Positions 11,901 through 26,034 of a stretch of DNA of 64,000 nt are shown piece by piece. Each line of letters begins with the position of its first letter. Within the stretch, counting starts at the first letter, position 1. Under the pieces are notes generated by a model, which was not told the origin of the DNA, made no database searches, and saw nothing but the letters and a program-made list of their open reading frames with translations. The DNA comes from Callorhinchus milii. Its lineage: Eukaryota. Position numbers and translations under genes: made by a program. The stretch lies in the NCBI RefSeq assembly GCF_018977255.1, contig NW_024704742.1, forward strand, positions 5,520,001 through 5,584,000. Direction: 5' to 3'.

Positions 11901-13254
11901 TCTCGCTGCTAAGTGCGTGCTTTTAACTGGAAATCTTAATGACACTCGAAACATCTTACCCTCAAATTCCGAACATTCTCCAGTGAAAGTTAAGTTTCCA
12001 GTCCTGATGATTTAGGAAGGAAATATTACACTGCAGTTAACCTGTAAAATGATTTATATACCCAAATTGTACGGAGACAGCAATACATTGTAAACTGTAG
12101 CATTTGCTGTATGTATCCACTGGCTTCGGTTCTGATAGACATTAGAGATTCTCTGAAAGATATTGGAGACATTGACAGATGTCGGAGATTTTCTGGGACA
12201 TTTGAGACTCTCTAGCCCAAACCCAGGCTCTTGCGGCAGTGCACATGAGAGCAACAAGGACAAACCCAAATGTTAGAGCAATAAAGCACGAGGAACAACC
12301 AGAGAACCATGGAAATTTGAAGCTCACAAGAGAGCCATTCAGCTCATTGTGTCTGTACCAGCTCTTTTACAGAGCAAACCTTTCAGTCCCATTATCTGCC
12401 TTTTCCCCAAACCTATTGGAATTTACTCTTTTTTTAGATATCTGTATTAGATAAGCTTCAGCCTTGAAAAGAGGGGAATCTCAAAGAGTAATGTGAGATG
12501 CTAAATTGGATTAAGTTGGAAAAGCAGGACAAGAAGATACAAGTTCAGATGCTGAAAAGCAAAGTACGGGTCTGCACAGGATGGAATTCTTTAAGCAGGT
12601 TAATTGACAGCTAGCTGGTTCTCCAGCTTGTGGATGTGTTAGATTTAGTGTTAGTGGTTGAATTGATGTTGTAAACAAAACATTGCAACATCCCTAAGGT
12701 TCGTAAGTCAGTTCTGCTGGAGCGGTAGAAGTCAAACGAATAGTTTGGGCACGACAGGAATTTAACACGCTGGAACATGCAGGTGAAAGTTATTTACATT
12801 ATTGCAGCTCTGTTTGCATTGGGATGACGTACGTGCTCGCTGGGCACCTGAGCCAAACTGAAGGGTGGGGTGAGAACAGGAGCGGATGGGAGTGGAAAGT
12901 TGACTGAAAGTTCGGTCAAAGAGTATGTATGTCTTGAGGTGTGCTTCGAAAACAAGGAATTGAGTCAGAGGGATTAGGGGACGGAGTTTCCGAAAAAAAA
13001 AGAATGAATCAATAGTGGGGCGGACAGAGCTGGAGACATGGAGCAATGTGTGTCAACCTGGCTTGGGTTGGTAGGAGTATCATCTCTGAGTCAGAAGCTT
13101 GTAAGATTCAAGCCCTATGTTGGGACTTTGACATCATATGGATGGAGTGAGAGCTGGAGGGGATGGGAGTGGAAAGTTGAGTGAAAGTTCGGTCAAAGAG
13201 TATGTCTTGTGATGGGTTTTAAGATTGAGGAATTGATATATTATAAATTATATG

Positions 13255-13465
13255 ATAATAATCCCTCAAGCAAAAAAGCAATAATAAATTGATCACTTCA
13301 ATCCACGACTGTTTGTGGGACGCTGCTGTGCGCAATTGGCTGTCGCGTTTCGCCCACAAAATATACAGTCAATTCACTTTACAGCATATTCTGTGAAGCG
13401 CTTTGAGGCGTCTCGAAGACGTGATAAGGCGCTATATCAAATGCAAGAATTATTATTATTATTAT
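13255..13465 (+). mobile_element. tRNA-SINE, 5'-truncated
   Basis: Body plus stem-loop and (ATT)n tail. Confidence 0.9.
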
Positions 13466-16400
13466 ATAGTTTATGATGCTATTCCAAGACAGTGCTGGGG
13501 GAGTGCCTGCATTGTTGGAGTGGCCATCCTCCAGATGAGACATTAAACTGAATTTCTGTCTGCCTGCTCAGGTGGATATTAAAGATCCCAGGGCACAATG
13601 TGAAAAATGAATGGAGTTTTTCCCCAGCGTTCAGGCCAACAATCCCCCAGATAAAATTGGTCATTCACTTGGTTGCTGGATTTGCATACAAAATACAGTC
13701 GCTACACTTTACAATTTACCCCCTTGAAGCCCTTTCAGTGTGTCCTCCTGATGGGAAAGGTGCTACATCAAATGCAAGGATTATTATTATTATTATTAAT
13801 AAAGGAAACTGGTTGAACAGTTAAATACGTGGCTAGAAATTAGCCCTTCAAATTAAATGTCTGCAAATACATGGTTTATGCATAAATATAGTCAATGGCC
13901 CTATTATGAGAGTTGTATGAACTATGTGTGTTGTTGTATAAAAATATTATGTTTCTTGTGTAAACTAAGAGTACAGAGTCAATTACAGGTTTCCTGACTG
14001 TTCATTGAAACGATTCCAAAATTACAATGAATTATTTTCATTAATTGTCAATTAAATAATTAAGGCTATTTGTAACTCCTTCTGTTCACTTGTGTTTACA
14101 TATGGATAACACACCGTGGGCTCGAAATTCCAGTGGCCCAAAAACGGTACTTGTTCAAGGGTTTGGGACTTGGTCCCATAGATTTATTTTGTGCCAAAAC
14201 GCGCGTCTCGGGCAGGGTAAAAATCTGAGCGAGAGACCACGGCCAGTGAGAAGCCATTTTCAGCATGTGAACCTTCTTGCACAAGTCCACCAATTGATGG
14301 CTGTGGTGGCTTTACATGTAGAGTGGTTTCTACAGGAAATGGACGTGCAGGCGTATCTGACCGAGGAAAGACGAAGGAGCTTCCCCAATAAAAGGGGAAG
14401 TCACAATTTTCTGAGGACTTGTCAAATTATGGCAGCCATCTTCATTTACATCACTGATGTTTTGCACAGAATTTTGCACAACTCACATCATAGACCCCCA
14501 CTGAAAGGGTTATGGAAACAAAACCCTTATTCTTTATGTGTGAATCCAGACAGCGAGTGTCCACAGACAGACCATGGAAGTCAAGCCCATAATCCACACG
14601 TGCAAACTTCCCAGCATCGTTATTGAATAGGGACGAGGAGTAGAACCAGGGTTGATTTTTACTCCTCTTAGCTGACCCCAAGGGCTCAGGTTAATGAGAT
14701 AGATTGTAACTCCTTATCACTACCGCGGTTCAGGTCAGTTCGTTTGGTGTTTTGGGTCTTCCAAGCCTGTATGGCTCAACAAATTTCATAAAGATTGGGA
14801 CCTGTTTGTTTGAACCTTTTTGCAGATGATTCCTGAGCATATTTAAAATATTCATTTTTTTTTATAGTATTGCTATCAATCACTCAACAGCATTAACTGT
14901 AATAATGCAAGTAGCACGAATTGAGATCGCAATTTCGTCTTATTTAGCGTCCATTCGGAAGACAAAGCCTACATTAAAGCTATCCTTTAAAAGGCTCTGG
15001 CAATAAATGTAGCACTTTAAGATGATATTGCTATTGGGATCCATAAAACCGCGGCTGATACATCAGTAGCTGGCTGGTTCGCTCCTTGAGTACTGGCCTG
15101 GTCCCACACTAAAAAAATTGGTCAACCATTGGGTCATCAAGTTGCTGTCAATATCATGTCCTCTGTGCTCTGTCCTATGTCCAAATTCACACTGTAAAGA
15201 CATGAGTTAGAATGGAGCTACACTAAGTGCCCGAAATTCTCACAGTCTTGGCTTTAAGACCATTGTTTAGAACATTTAGTTGTAAACATTAAGCTCAACA
15301 CCCTCCTACCCCTACCCTCCCTGCTCTCCAACACCCCCCGCCCCACCCCATTCGGGTCCAAATCCCTGACTGTCAGCACCTTGGAATGTCCTCCCGATGT
15401 GAAAGGCGCTTTACAAATGTAATGTGTTGTTTTTAAGTTATGTTTCATATAACTTATATTTCAAGCTGTTTTTCTTAAACTCTTAAAAGGAATCAACTTC
15501 GGAATTAAAACACGAATTGAAGAATTTTCCAAAATCCTGCGCAAATGTTTATTTTAAGATAACGACTTTAAGACTAGTATCATGGGAATAATTTGGGCCT
15601 TTGCTGTACAGTCATTTCTGCCCAAACTCTCACGTTCCTCGGCAACTGCCAAGCCGCCGGATGTTGACACTGACAGTAAAACATTGTCAACGTTTTTCGT
15701 CCATTTCCATTCTAAATTCCGATGAAAGCAAATTCACTTTGCTGACGATAAAATGATAAGTGAAGCAATAACGAAAGATACAACGTTAGCTTGAAGCTCC
15801 TCTGACTGAAAGCTGGACGAGAAGCCTCGTTATAACTGAGCATTGTGCATGTGTAGAAATAATCTTTACGCGTCAAGGAATGTCCACATAAAGCGTGTGC
15901 GGTATCATGCGTGATGCACGGTACCCGGTGAGCGAGGGCTGTAGAACTTGCCAAGGCTGCCCAATGTTACCAGCTGGCTTGAATTAATTCAAGTGGTTTC
16001 TGTCTCTGCAGGTTTGATGCATGGGTTGTGAGCAGTGGCATTTCTCGTTAGATATTAAAGACGCTTTGAAGAAACTTTCCCAGTGCCTGAGAGAATGAAA
16101 ATACCCGCCACCTGCTCGTAGCAAAGCACCAAGCTGCGTCGCTGTTCCCTTCAGCTGAAAAACAAAACACTTTCCATCGAATGCAGCTGCCGGCTGCTGT
16201 AGGTGGCGGGACCTCTATGCTGCGTGGCTCTGTGGGTCGTGGAGCTTTGCTGTTCAAACATTTGAACGGCCTGTTATAAAGTGGCCACTTACTCTGAATA
16301 TGTCTGGATATTTCACCAGATTCCCTTCAATATATTGTAATAGTAATAATATTATAATAATCCTTATATTTGCTATAGCGTCTTTCACATTGGAAGGATG

Positions 16401-17917
16401 TCACCGCACTTTACAGTATATTCTGTGAAGCAGCTTTGAGACGTCTCGAATACGTGATAAGGTCTTATATCAAATGCAAGAATCATTACTATTATTCTTC
16501 TGTCCCCAAAACATTTCACTGGACGTACTGTAAAGTGCAGTGATTTTGTTTGGGGGTGGGGGGTAATTGAGAATTGAACCTTTTGAAAAGCGTTAGTGAC
16601 ATACTATGGATAACAGGATCCAAATTCAGTCTTACATTTTGGACTCTCCCCCCATCTTTGAAAATGTAGGAGCTCCAAAACGAATTCAAAGCATCATCTT
16701 TGCAGTCAACAGCGATAAGCATCACTTTCACTGTGTTTTTTTCCCCTGCAGTGCAGGATTACGTAATGTGCTGAGAGCACTAACAGTTTGAGTTTAACTG
16801 GAGGATCATCCATAACAAGCAAGCTTAACCTCCACCTGGTTCACGTGTCTTGAAAGCCAGAACAGTGATACAGTTAAAATTCTTTTTGTAGCTGCGAAGA
16901 TTGGGACGTTCTCCCGACGTGAAAGGCGCTATATCAAATGCAAGGATTATTATTATGCAAATGTAATGTTGTTGTTGTTGTGGAGCTTCTGGCTCTGCAA
17001 AGGCAAGCGAAGGGACGTATATTCAGGAAGAGAAAGCATGAGCAAAGGCCTCTTAACGCAGTCTGTCCATTCCACAGTCAGTCCAGCAACAAAATCAGAG
17101 CTTTGTTTTCTGAATGAGACATCGGTTCCTTATCTCTGCACCACAGTTGTTGTTTTTTTTGCCAAACCGAACATCGCTGGAGGCTGCTGAACAGCTTTAG
17201 ATTTTGTTTTAACTTGTGTTTAACTTTCTCAGTTTGGTTTGGATACTCTTAAGCACGGTGTCAAGTTTTCCTCCCAAAAGGGTAATGTTTGCGCTTGAAA
17301 TCTAATGGTGCAAGCGGGCATTTTGTGAGCAATAGATTGCAAGTGCTTTCGTTTTTCTACCATTACAGTCACGACACGCTGTTAACAGGAGATAAACTGT
17401 GGGTTTCCAGAGCAGAACTTATAGTGTTTCTTGCACTTTGTGTTTTGCTGGGCAGAGGTAGACATTTTGAACAGCTTTTGGTCTTCAAGAGACTTTTGTA
17501 ATACTGTAGTCTCAAAAGTTGTTCGTGGAACCAGTTCCTAAAAAGAAGAAGCATTCTAAATAAGCGGTATTGAAACAGGATGTGTCCTTCCCTGTTTATT
17601 CTTTGGAAAGTTCTGTAAAAGAACTGTCCGCACGTCTTTTATTTTAGCTTTTAAGTCCTGAAGATCAGACCCATGCCTGGATTGGTGAAAAAACCCCAAA
17701 CTGAAGTACGGAAATGAGTCTTGACGAGCCGAAATGTGTCATTTGTGCGGTTTCCAGCAGTGTGTCTGTGGTTTAGTAGAGCGTCAAGTTAAACCTGCAC
17801 GCAACCAAAGATGATCAGGATGAGGAAGAGTGTGAGGGTCTGACCTCAAAGTAATAAGAGAAGCACAAGTAGAGGGAACTGTCCCAGCCTCACTCCACGC
17901 AGTGTCACCCATTAAAT

Positions 17918-18252
17918 ACAGTGTGATATAGTCTGAGCCCTCACTACACACAGTGATATAGTCTGAGCCCTCACTACACACAGTGATATAGTCTGAGCCC
18001 TCACTACACACAGTGATATAGTCTGAGCCCTCGTTACACACAGTGATATAATCTGAGCCCTCACTACACACAGTGATATAGTCTGAGCCCTCGTTACACA
18101 CAGTGATATAATCTGAGCCCTTACTACACACAGTGATATAGTCTGAGCCCTCACTACACACAGTGATATAATCTGAGCCCTCGCTACACACAGTGATATA
18201 GTCTGAGCTCTCTCTACGCACAGTGTGATAAACTCCGAGCGCTCACTGCACA
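17918..18252. repeat. 30-bp minisatellite TCACTACACACAGTGATATAGTCTGAGCCC, about 10 copies
   Basis: Nine near-perfect head-to-tail units at 17941-18210 with degenerate flanking units and no spacers. Confidence 0.95.
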
Positions 18253-19067
18253 AAACGTCACCAGGTACAGTCACAATATCGTACAGACAAAGGGAACTGC
18301 CTCAGCCCTTGCTTGACGTCAATGTATAGTATAAAAAAAGGAACACGTCGTGAGATTACTTTCAGGGCAGTCTGTGGTGCAGGGAGAAGATAAAATAATA
18401 ATAATAATGACAATAAGCCTTGCATTTGATATAGGGCCTTATCTCGTCTTCAAAACGTTTCAAAGCCCTTCACAGAATATACTGAAAAATTAATTGGCTG
18501 CATATTTTCTGGGCGAAATGCGGTAGCCAATTGCGGACAGAAAGATGCAACTTAATTTGATGCTCATTGGAACAGAAAAAAGTAAACTCAGATACTCGAC
18601 AATATGTTCAGATGTGCCAAAACAGCAGGAAACAAGGAAACAGTATTTGATGGGAAATGTTAAGACAGACACACAGTAGGACAAATTTTACAGAGGGTAA
18701 GTAACAGCTGAAATGGGTTTCCAGGCAGTGTATACGAGGCCTGCACTGTTAAGAAACAGTTGGATGCTGTAAGGGAAGACTGTAAAGATGAGATCAAATG
18801 GGCAGCAGGGCCATTTCCAATATTTCTTCTGATCTTAAGGGTCAAAGCAAAGATTTTTTTTGGAAGGATTGGATAATAATAATCCTTGCATTTGATGTAG
18901 CGCCTTTCACGTTGGGAAGAAGTCTCGAAGTGCTTCATAGGATTTGCTGTGATAGAGTTACATAGAGGATAGAAACAGGTCATTTGTCCCAACGTGTCCA
19001 CGCCGGTATTTATACTCCACACAAGTCCCTATTCCTCCTATTCCTATTAGTGTGTGATGCAAGGATC

Positions 19068-19475
19068 TTGTGGAGACTTGTCGCTCAGTGGTTAAAGAAA
19101 CTCGCTTTGCAAGCAGGTGGAGCCGGGTTTGATTCCTGGGCAGGGCAAAACAAGTTTCCTTACTATTATCAGGCGTGTGGAGTAAGGAATTTTGCCCACG
19201 GTTTCTTCCTGCCGGGAATCGAACTCAGGTCTCTCGCTTGCGAGGCGAGTGCTCTAACCACTGAGCGACAGGATTCCACATTTTTTTTAAAGGGATTCAT
19301 AATCCCTTAAAAATAATCACTCGGTCATTCAATCCACGACTGTTTGTGGGGACGCAGCTGTGGGCAATTGGCTTCCGCATTTCGCCCACAAAACATACAA
19401 TCAATTCACTTCAACAGTGTATTCTGTGAAGCGCTTTGAGACGTCTGGAAGACGTGATTATTATTATTACTATTA
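19068..19475. mobile_element. SINE cluster: + head, - head, + body
   Basis: 19068-19170 (+), 19172-19282 (-), 19290-19475 (+). Confidence 0.8.
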
Positions 19476-20849
19476 TTCCCTTCTCCTCACGTACGTTGAT
19501 CAAACGGGTCAGAAGGCCTGCTTCATCCAAACCTTCTTCATTGGAATGAGTATTACGTGCTTTTTCTCCTGGAACGCACCACCTCTCATTTCCTCTGTAC
19601 AAATGCTCCGTGGTGTGACTGCCGACCATAATCCCCACCCCAGCATTGTACTTGGTGTCGATCTAAATGATGAGTTTAAAGTTCTTTTGTGCGGCTTCTG
19701 AACCCACAATGACACACCAGCTGAGCAAGGCTGATCAAGACCAATCTATTCTTGTTCTGGCTTGCTGTGCGCTAACCGGGCTCGATATAAAACCTAGGCA
19801 AGGAATTTCTTATCCAAAGCAAAACACATTTGTCCGTTTGGGGCTGCTTGATGCTGGCACTTAGAAGCAATGTATGTTCAGCTTTACTTTACCAATCTCC
19901 AGCTGGCTGTTCAATCTTGTGGAAGTTTCTTTAATCCGTTCAGGTGCAGGCCAGCATTTCAGCATCTGCCCCACAGAAAGAATATGTTTGGGGTTTGGTT
20001 ACGCTTTTGGTAGACTCTCAATAATAATCTATCGCATTACTACACATAGTTCTTACAAAACGACAGCGGTAGCCAGCGAGGGGGAGAATTAGTCTCTGTA
20101 ATTCGATGATACCGTAATGAAAGCGGATAGAAATTTGGTGTTGTGGTGGCAAGATCAGGTGGGCCAAACAGTTTTTTTTCACGTTACACTTCTCTTTCTT
20201 ACACCGGAAAACAAGATGCCAAAGTTGTCGTTTGAGTTGCGTGGGTTTACGGACTAACTTGTGGCGCCGGACATTTGTTTTGATCATGGCTATATTCATT
20301 TGTGAACTTTTGTAATGGCAGAAATATATTCTTTTGCTCAATTTTCTCATTCTGTTCAATGTAACTTGACCAGAAACAGAAACAAAGAAATAAACGGGGT
20401 GTTGGCGGGGAGGGATCAGTAGTGGGCCAAACACAGAGCGGGTTTTTTGAAATATCTTCTCGCTCCACTTGGATTGTGCAACAAAACATAAATGTTTGCA
20501 GCTGGTGACATTCGAGACGGAGAGACTTGGACCGATTCCAGCTGTTCATCTTCAGGCTTCTTTTCGACGTTAAATCTACTGAACCATTGACAAAATCCAC
20601 GCTCGTCCCACCCCAGGATAATTTTCCACTGACTAAGATTGAATCCTCCAACTGAGGCCTCAATCTTCATTGTTTTTTTTTAAAAAAAATTCCTGTTTTG
20701 AGCAGAATGCAAATTTTGCCATCATTTAGAAGATTAAGGTACAAATCGAATCTAAAGGCATGATATGCATTTGGGGCAGCTATAGTTTACATCATGTCTC
20801 ACCCATTCAAAAAAAGATTATATTGAATTCCTAACTTGAGAGGCAACCT

Positions 20850-21320
20850 CACAGGGTGGATTTGAATGAAGAAGGCTCTTCGGCCCATCTGATACCATCC
20901 TCCAGAATATCTACCCTACCGTCCGCCCATCACGGCTTCAAATTGCTTTTCAAATGAGTCCAGTGTCCCAGTCTCAACCACTTTTCCTTGGCAACATGTT
21001 CTACACGTTTATTACCTGCTGAGTAAAGAAAATCTTTCCGGTGTCTGTCCTGAAATTGCCCTCTCCAGCTCTAAACTCTCTTGGTACATCCTAAAGTATT
21101 GTTCGAGGTTTACCTTTTCAATCCCATTTAAGATGTTACACAGTTCAACAAGGCACCCTCTTAGTTGTCTTCTTTCAAGATCCTAACTGGTCTAATTGTT
21201 CCTTATAGTTAATTCCTTGAATATAGGGGATCATCCTTGTTGCTCTCCAATGCAGTGACACTAAGGCCTGGTTCTGTTTCGGTGACCAGAACTGAACACA
21301 GTACTCTAGGTTGGACCACA
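20850..21320 (-). mobile_element. CR1 LINE 3' fragment
   Basis: Minus strand reads LEYCVQFWSP near 21280-21310; similar to 62220-62720. Confidence 0.75.
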
Positions 21321-23120
21321 TAGAGTAAACTCCTGATATATTGTCACTCCAAGGGAAAAGAGCTCAGTGACTCGAACGATTAGGCCAACCTGTGCCTAAT
21401 ATTTTCCAGAATTAGGTAAGCGGGATGTGTCCCTCCAGGGAGAGAGAGTGCGCGTTCCATTCCAACAATCTACCTCTGGGATTTCCGTGTGTAGGCGGGA
21501 AGCATGGAAATGTCAGCTTGGTCTGGATACTCTTAAGCACGGTAATGGGTTTCCGCATGTGTCAGACACCCGGCTGACCAAAAAAAATCACCTTACAATG
21601 GGTGTCTAACATGCAGCTTAAACATACTAGAATCCTGCAAAGGCAGAACCCCTACACAGATGTAATACTAATACTAATCAATACTTATCTCCGTGGAGCT
21701 GGATCAGGTCACACGTTAACTTGTAGCTGGTGGATCTCAACATTTGACTCAGAGTTAGAGGTTTACTCTGAGTATTTAGTTTATTTGGTAAACAGCACAC
21801 TGACCAGTACCCAGATGCTGTGATCCTGAAAGTCGTATGTGTGATCCCGTTCACAGACAGCCATCGGGATTGGGAATGGTGTCAGGGAACTAGGGCACAT
21901 CACTGTATATTCCTAATTGATGCTTTACGCATTTCTAACTTCAAACCGCGTGTTGGTGCCCACAGGATGCTGCGGTTTGTTTTACAGAATTAATTTCTGT
22001 TCATCTGGATGGTTTCCTCTTTTAGTGATTAAGACACAGAACCCTGGAGCAGACAACAGAAAGAGGAAACTGAGAGAAATACCAATTAGGACATTAAACG
22101 TTTAGCTGAGAATATGGAAGATATGAAGTTACACGAACATGACTGAACGTATGTGAGACATGGAACTCTTGTCAACTGAAGTTTTATCAAATATACGCTT
22201 GTTCTGAGTGAGCAGCTTCCTGATGAACCAGCTTTTTTTTTGCCTTTATCAATCATGTTCCTTACGAAAAACATTTTCCATAGCTTACATTCAGTTACTG
22301 TTGTACAAGCAAATGACAGAGCGTTTTTTCAATAGGAACAGGACAGCATATTTCCTAGTAGGTACTATACCCTACTTCAAATACTGAATGCTGTGGGTTT
22401 GAAGAGACTTGACTGACTAAACAGAACCAATTCAGATCAAGCAGATCACAGATGAGCTTTCTCTCTCAAAGTTCACTGAACGGCTCCAACCTTTATAATC
22501 GGTCAGCAAAATAAATTGTCTTGATTTATGTCATAAAAACCTGGAAACACACTACTGATTGAACACAGACTTACTTACACTTGTGCACATGTTTTTTTTG
22601 AGCGGGTGGGAGTGGGGGGGGGGGGGGTGGCGTAGATTGGCCACCACTGCTGTAGACCATGAAGGCTCAAGGTTCGATCATTTTTCTGCCTGAGTCAGGT
22701 GAGAATATTGCAAATTAAGCCTGAACTTCCCAGAAAGAGGAGTATCAGAGCCGAGCTGTCAGTATGCGTAAACATTATATGAATACAGGACTGGGCTTGC
22801 TTGTGATGCCTTGTGGTTGAATTGCTTCCTGACATCCTTTATCTGACCTACACATTGCTGGTGTTTGTGTTCGATTTCGGGCAGAGGCTTCATGAGAGAG
22901 GGTAATAAAAATAATAAAAATATTAATAGCTGATGAAAAAATACCTTCAGTTAAATCACAAGAATGTTTGAAAGTGAGGCTTTGTAATATTTTATTATTT
23001 TGCAAAACAAGCTTCATTACTCAATAAACCGTGTGCTGTAGAGGAGGCGGGGGATTGGAGCGATTGAAAGAAAAGAATGAACTTGCCTTTTGCAGCGCCT
23101 TGTCACATCGGAATGCTTCC

Positions 23121-24108
23121 TGTCCGACATCGAGTCCTGGACGAGAGACAACTTTCTTCAGCTCAACGTGCGAAAAACCGAGGCCCTCCTGATTGGTTCG
23201 CGTCAGCGCCTCCGCACCTCAGGCGCCGACACCATCAGCATCCAAGGCCGCACTCTCCACCTCTCAAAGCCAGTCAGGAACCTCGGCGTTTTGTTCGACC
23301 CTGAGCTGTCCTTTCTCCCTCACATCCGCACCACAACTGGCACCGCCTTCCATCACCTTCGGAACATCGCCAGACTACGGCACTACCTCACCCCTCACGC
23401 TGCTGAAACCCTGGTCCACGCCTTTGTCACCTCAAGGCTGGACTATGGGAACTCTCTCCTCGCCGGCCTTCCCGGCCCTCCCTCCACACTGCAGGTCATT
23501 CAGAACTCTGCAGCTCGTGTACTGTCCCGCACCAGACACCGCGACCACATCACTCCCACCCTCGCTCGCCTCCACTGGCTCCCCATCCCCCAGAGGATTG
23601 ATTTCAAGATCCTCATCCTCACCTACAAGGCCATTCACGGCCTCGCTCCCTCCTACCTCTCCAACCTACTATCCCCCTACCTACCCGCCCGTACCCTCCG
23701 TTCCTCTGGCTCCGGTCTGCTCCACGTCCCCCGCCCCAATCGCCCTACCATCGGTGGCCTTCAGCCTCTCAGCCCCGAGGCTCTGGAACTCTATCCCCCA
23801 GTGCCTTCGCTGCTTCCTCCCTCTCCTCCTTCAAGGCCGGTCTCAAAACCTTTCTCTTTCTCTTTGACCGAGCCTTCAGCTCCCCTCTCGACTCTCTTCC
23901 ACCTCCTCGCTCCCTCCCTTCCCTCCCCTCACCCTAACCATTTCCCCCCTCCTCGCTCCCTCCCTTCCCTCCCTCCCTTCCCTCCCCTCACCCTGACCAT
24001 TTCCCCCCTGCTCGGGTCATGACCCAACTGTGTAGCGCCTTGGGACGTCCTCCTGACGTGAAAGGCGCTTTATAAATGGAATCTTGTTGTTGTTGTTGTT
24101 GTTGTTGT
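23121..24108 (+). mobile_element. L2-clade LINE 3' ~1 kb, young, nested in a minus-strand Deu-SINE
   Basis: ORF 23090-24022 contains L2 ORF2 C-terminal motifs (LQLNVRKTEALLIG, SRLDYGNSLLAGLP, LHWLPIPQRIDFKILILTYKA); long (GTT)n tail. Confidence 0.93.
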
Positions 24109-24644
24109 TCCAAGTGCTTTGCAAATGTAATGACGGTATTTGTAAGTGAAGGCGGCAGAAGCGATGGCCACAACAGGGTCCCACAAACAGCCATGAAGGG
24201 AACAACCAATTTATCTGCAGGGTTGTTGATTCGAACACGAGGAGAAACCCCCTTCACTTTAGCTTCAGCACTGCACTGGGGTGGTGGTGGGGGAGGGGGG
24301 GGTCGTTCCTATGAGCACAAGTCACAGTGTGGGGCTTGAACCTCCTTTAGTTGATAAAGTCTTCTTTTGTTTGGAATGAAGCAATGTCTAGTCAGGCTCC
24401 ACATGAGAGCACAGTTGAGGAAGTACAATTGGCGGGATAGTCTCCTGATGAACAAGTTGAGTTAAAAGCTTGAATGATTCAGCTCGAAAATGCTCACAGT
24501 CATTTTAGTTTGGGAGTGCCAGCATCACAGAGTGTTTGTAACTGGATCTATAGGAGGTTGAAATGGGGAAAGCTGCCTCAGGGGTCTGTGTTGGGATTCC
24601 TCATGTACCCTCTGTATATTATTGTTAAAAACTAATGCGCACAT

Positions 24645-24950
24645 TTGATTCTCGGGCAGGGTGCAACCTTAGGCAAGCTTCCTTACTCCACATACCTCTG
24701 TTTACCTATCAGTAAGTAGGAACCCAGTTGTTAATCGATAGCTGGATCGCTTTTCCGGGATTAATAATCTTCAAAGTAAATACAAATAATTTGGTCACTC
24801 TATCCATGACTGTTTGTGGGACGCTAACGTGTGCAATTGGCTGCCACGTTTCAAAATATAGTCAATTCACTTTACAGTGCATCTTGTGAAGTGCTTTGAG
24901 ACGTCTTGAAGGCGCTATATCGAATGCAAGGATTATTATTATTATCATTA
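24645..24950 (+). mobile_element. tRNA-SINE family A
   Basis: Homology to the 10052 copy. Confidence 0.85.
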
Positions 24951-26034
24951 TTAATGCAAACTCAGTGGAACGTAGTGAAATTTGCAGATGAAACCTGCAA
25001 TCGACGAAGCCTTGGTTTTGATGTAGCACCTGTTTCCGGTGACTTTGCTCCTGACATTTTTGCACATTTCTGTTAACATTATTTGAAAAGCGAACTTTGC
25101 GAAAGTATCACATTGGTCAGTGTACGCGAGATGACTTAAAAACATGGATGTTAGTGGAAAATATCACCAGGCCTATTCCCTCGGAACTTCCTAGTGTCAC
25201 TGAGTAGCACCAGAGGTCCTGTTCTGGGTGAATGAGCCGGATTCGAGGCTGGCAAGACTACCCTACCAAGACTACCAGAGACAGACTTGCCCGAGACGAC
25301 GCAGGAATGCAAAAAAGTGAATCAGACCCCTTTGTAAAGAACTCGCTAATAAAGAGATAAACTGAGCTTTGTCGAAGACTTGATCCGTGTCTTTCTGCTT
25401 CATATGCTGATCGACCTGCTGTAGATTTCCAGCCTTTTATTTAGCCTTGTGCGACGTCTTGGATAAATATTTAATGATATGTAAATGACATGAATCTGTG
25501 AGGCTTTTATCATTGTTCCATCATCGCTTAAATAATTAATTACACTTTGGAAACAAAGGGCACTTTGTTTCTTTCTCTTAGTTGTATGCAACAAGCCTAA
25601 TCCTGTATATCGACTCCAGTAAAGACAAGCAAATTAATACAGTCCCACCCACCTATGTCAAACTAGTTTATGTCGATATCCCGCTTATGCTGACAAAAAG
25701 GTGCAGTCTTCTCTGCACGTGACTATCAAAACCTTATTGTGTGGTCGACAGTGACATAAACTCCGGAACAATTAGATTAACGTTTGTGTTTTTAAAGTCC
25801 CAAATAGAATTAAAGGCCTTCTTTTATTACCACTTATGTTGACAGCCCTTATCCTCATGTGTGACTCATGTGTTAGCCATGGTGTGAGTGCTGATCGACG
25901 ACTATTGTTCTCTGTCTACCCCGATGCACACCACGACTGGAATTAAACGCAAACTCGACCTGAAATTGCTCGTGGATAAATATTGCGCAATCAAAGCAAT
26001 CCAGACTCTACTTATAACCCGGATGAGACTTGCT

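Noticed and set aside
14090..14626. 178-aa plus-strand ORF in unique sequence
   Set aside because: No recognisable domain and no clear splice or start context
17918..18252. CRISPR-like array of 30-bp repeats
   Set aside because: Head-to-tail units with no unique spacers, no cas genes, eukaryotic context
23090..24022. 310-aa ORF as a host gene
   Set aside because: C-terminal part of L2 ORF2, 5'-truncated and lacking the RT catalytic core
25149..25402. Possible solo LTR (TG...CA with AATAAA)
   Set aside because: No target-site duplication; the 3' part matches the Penelope-like remnant
25635..25860. Possible Tc1/mariner-type MITE remnant (similar sequence at 50255-50650)
   Set aside because: Terminal inverted repeats could not be paired convincingly by eye
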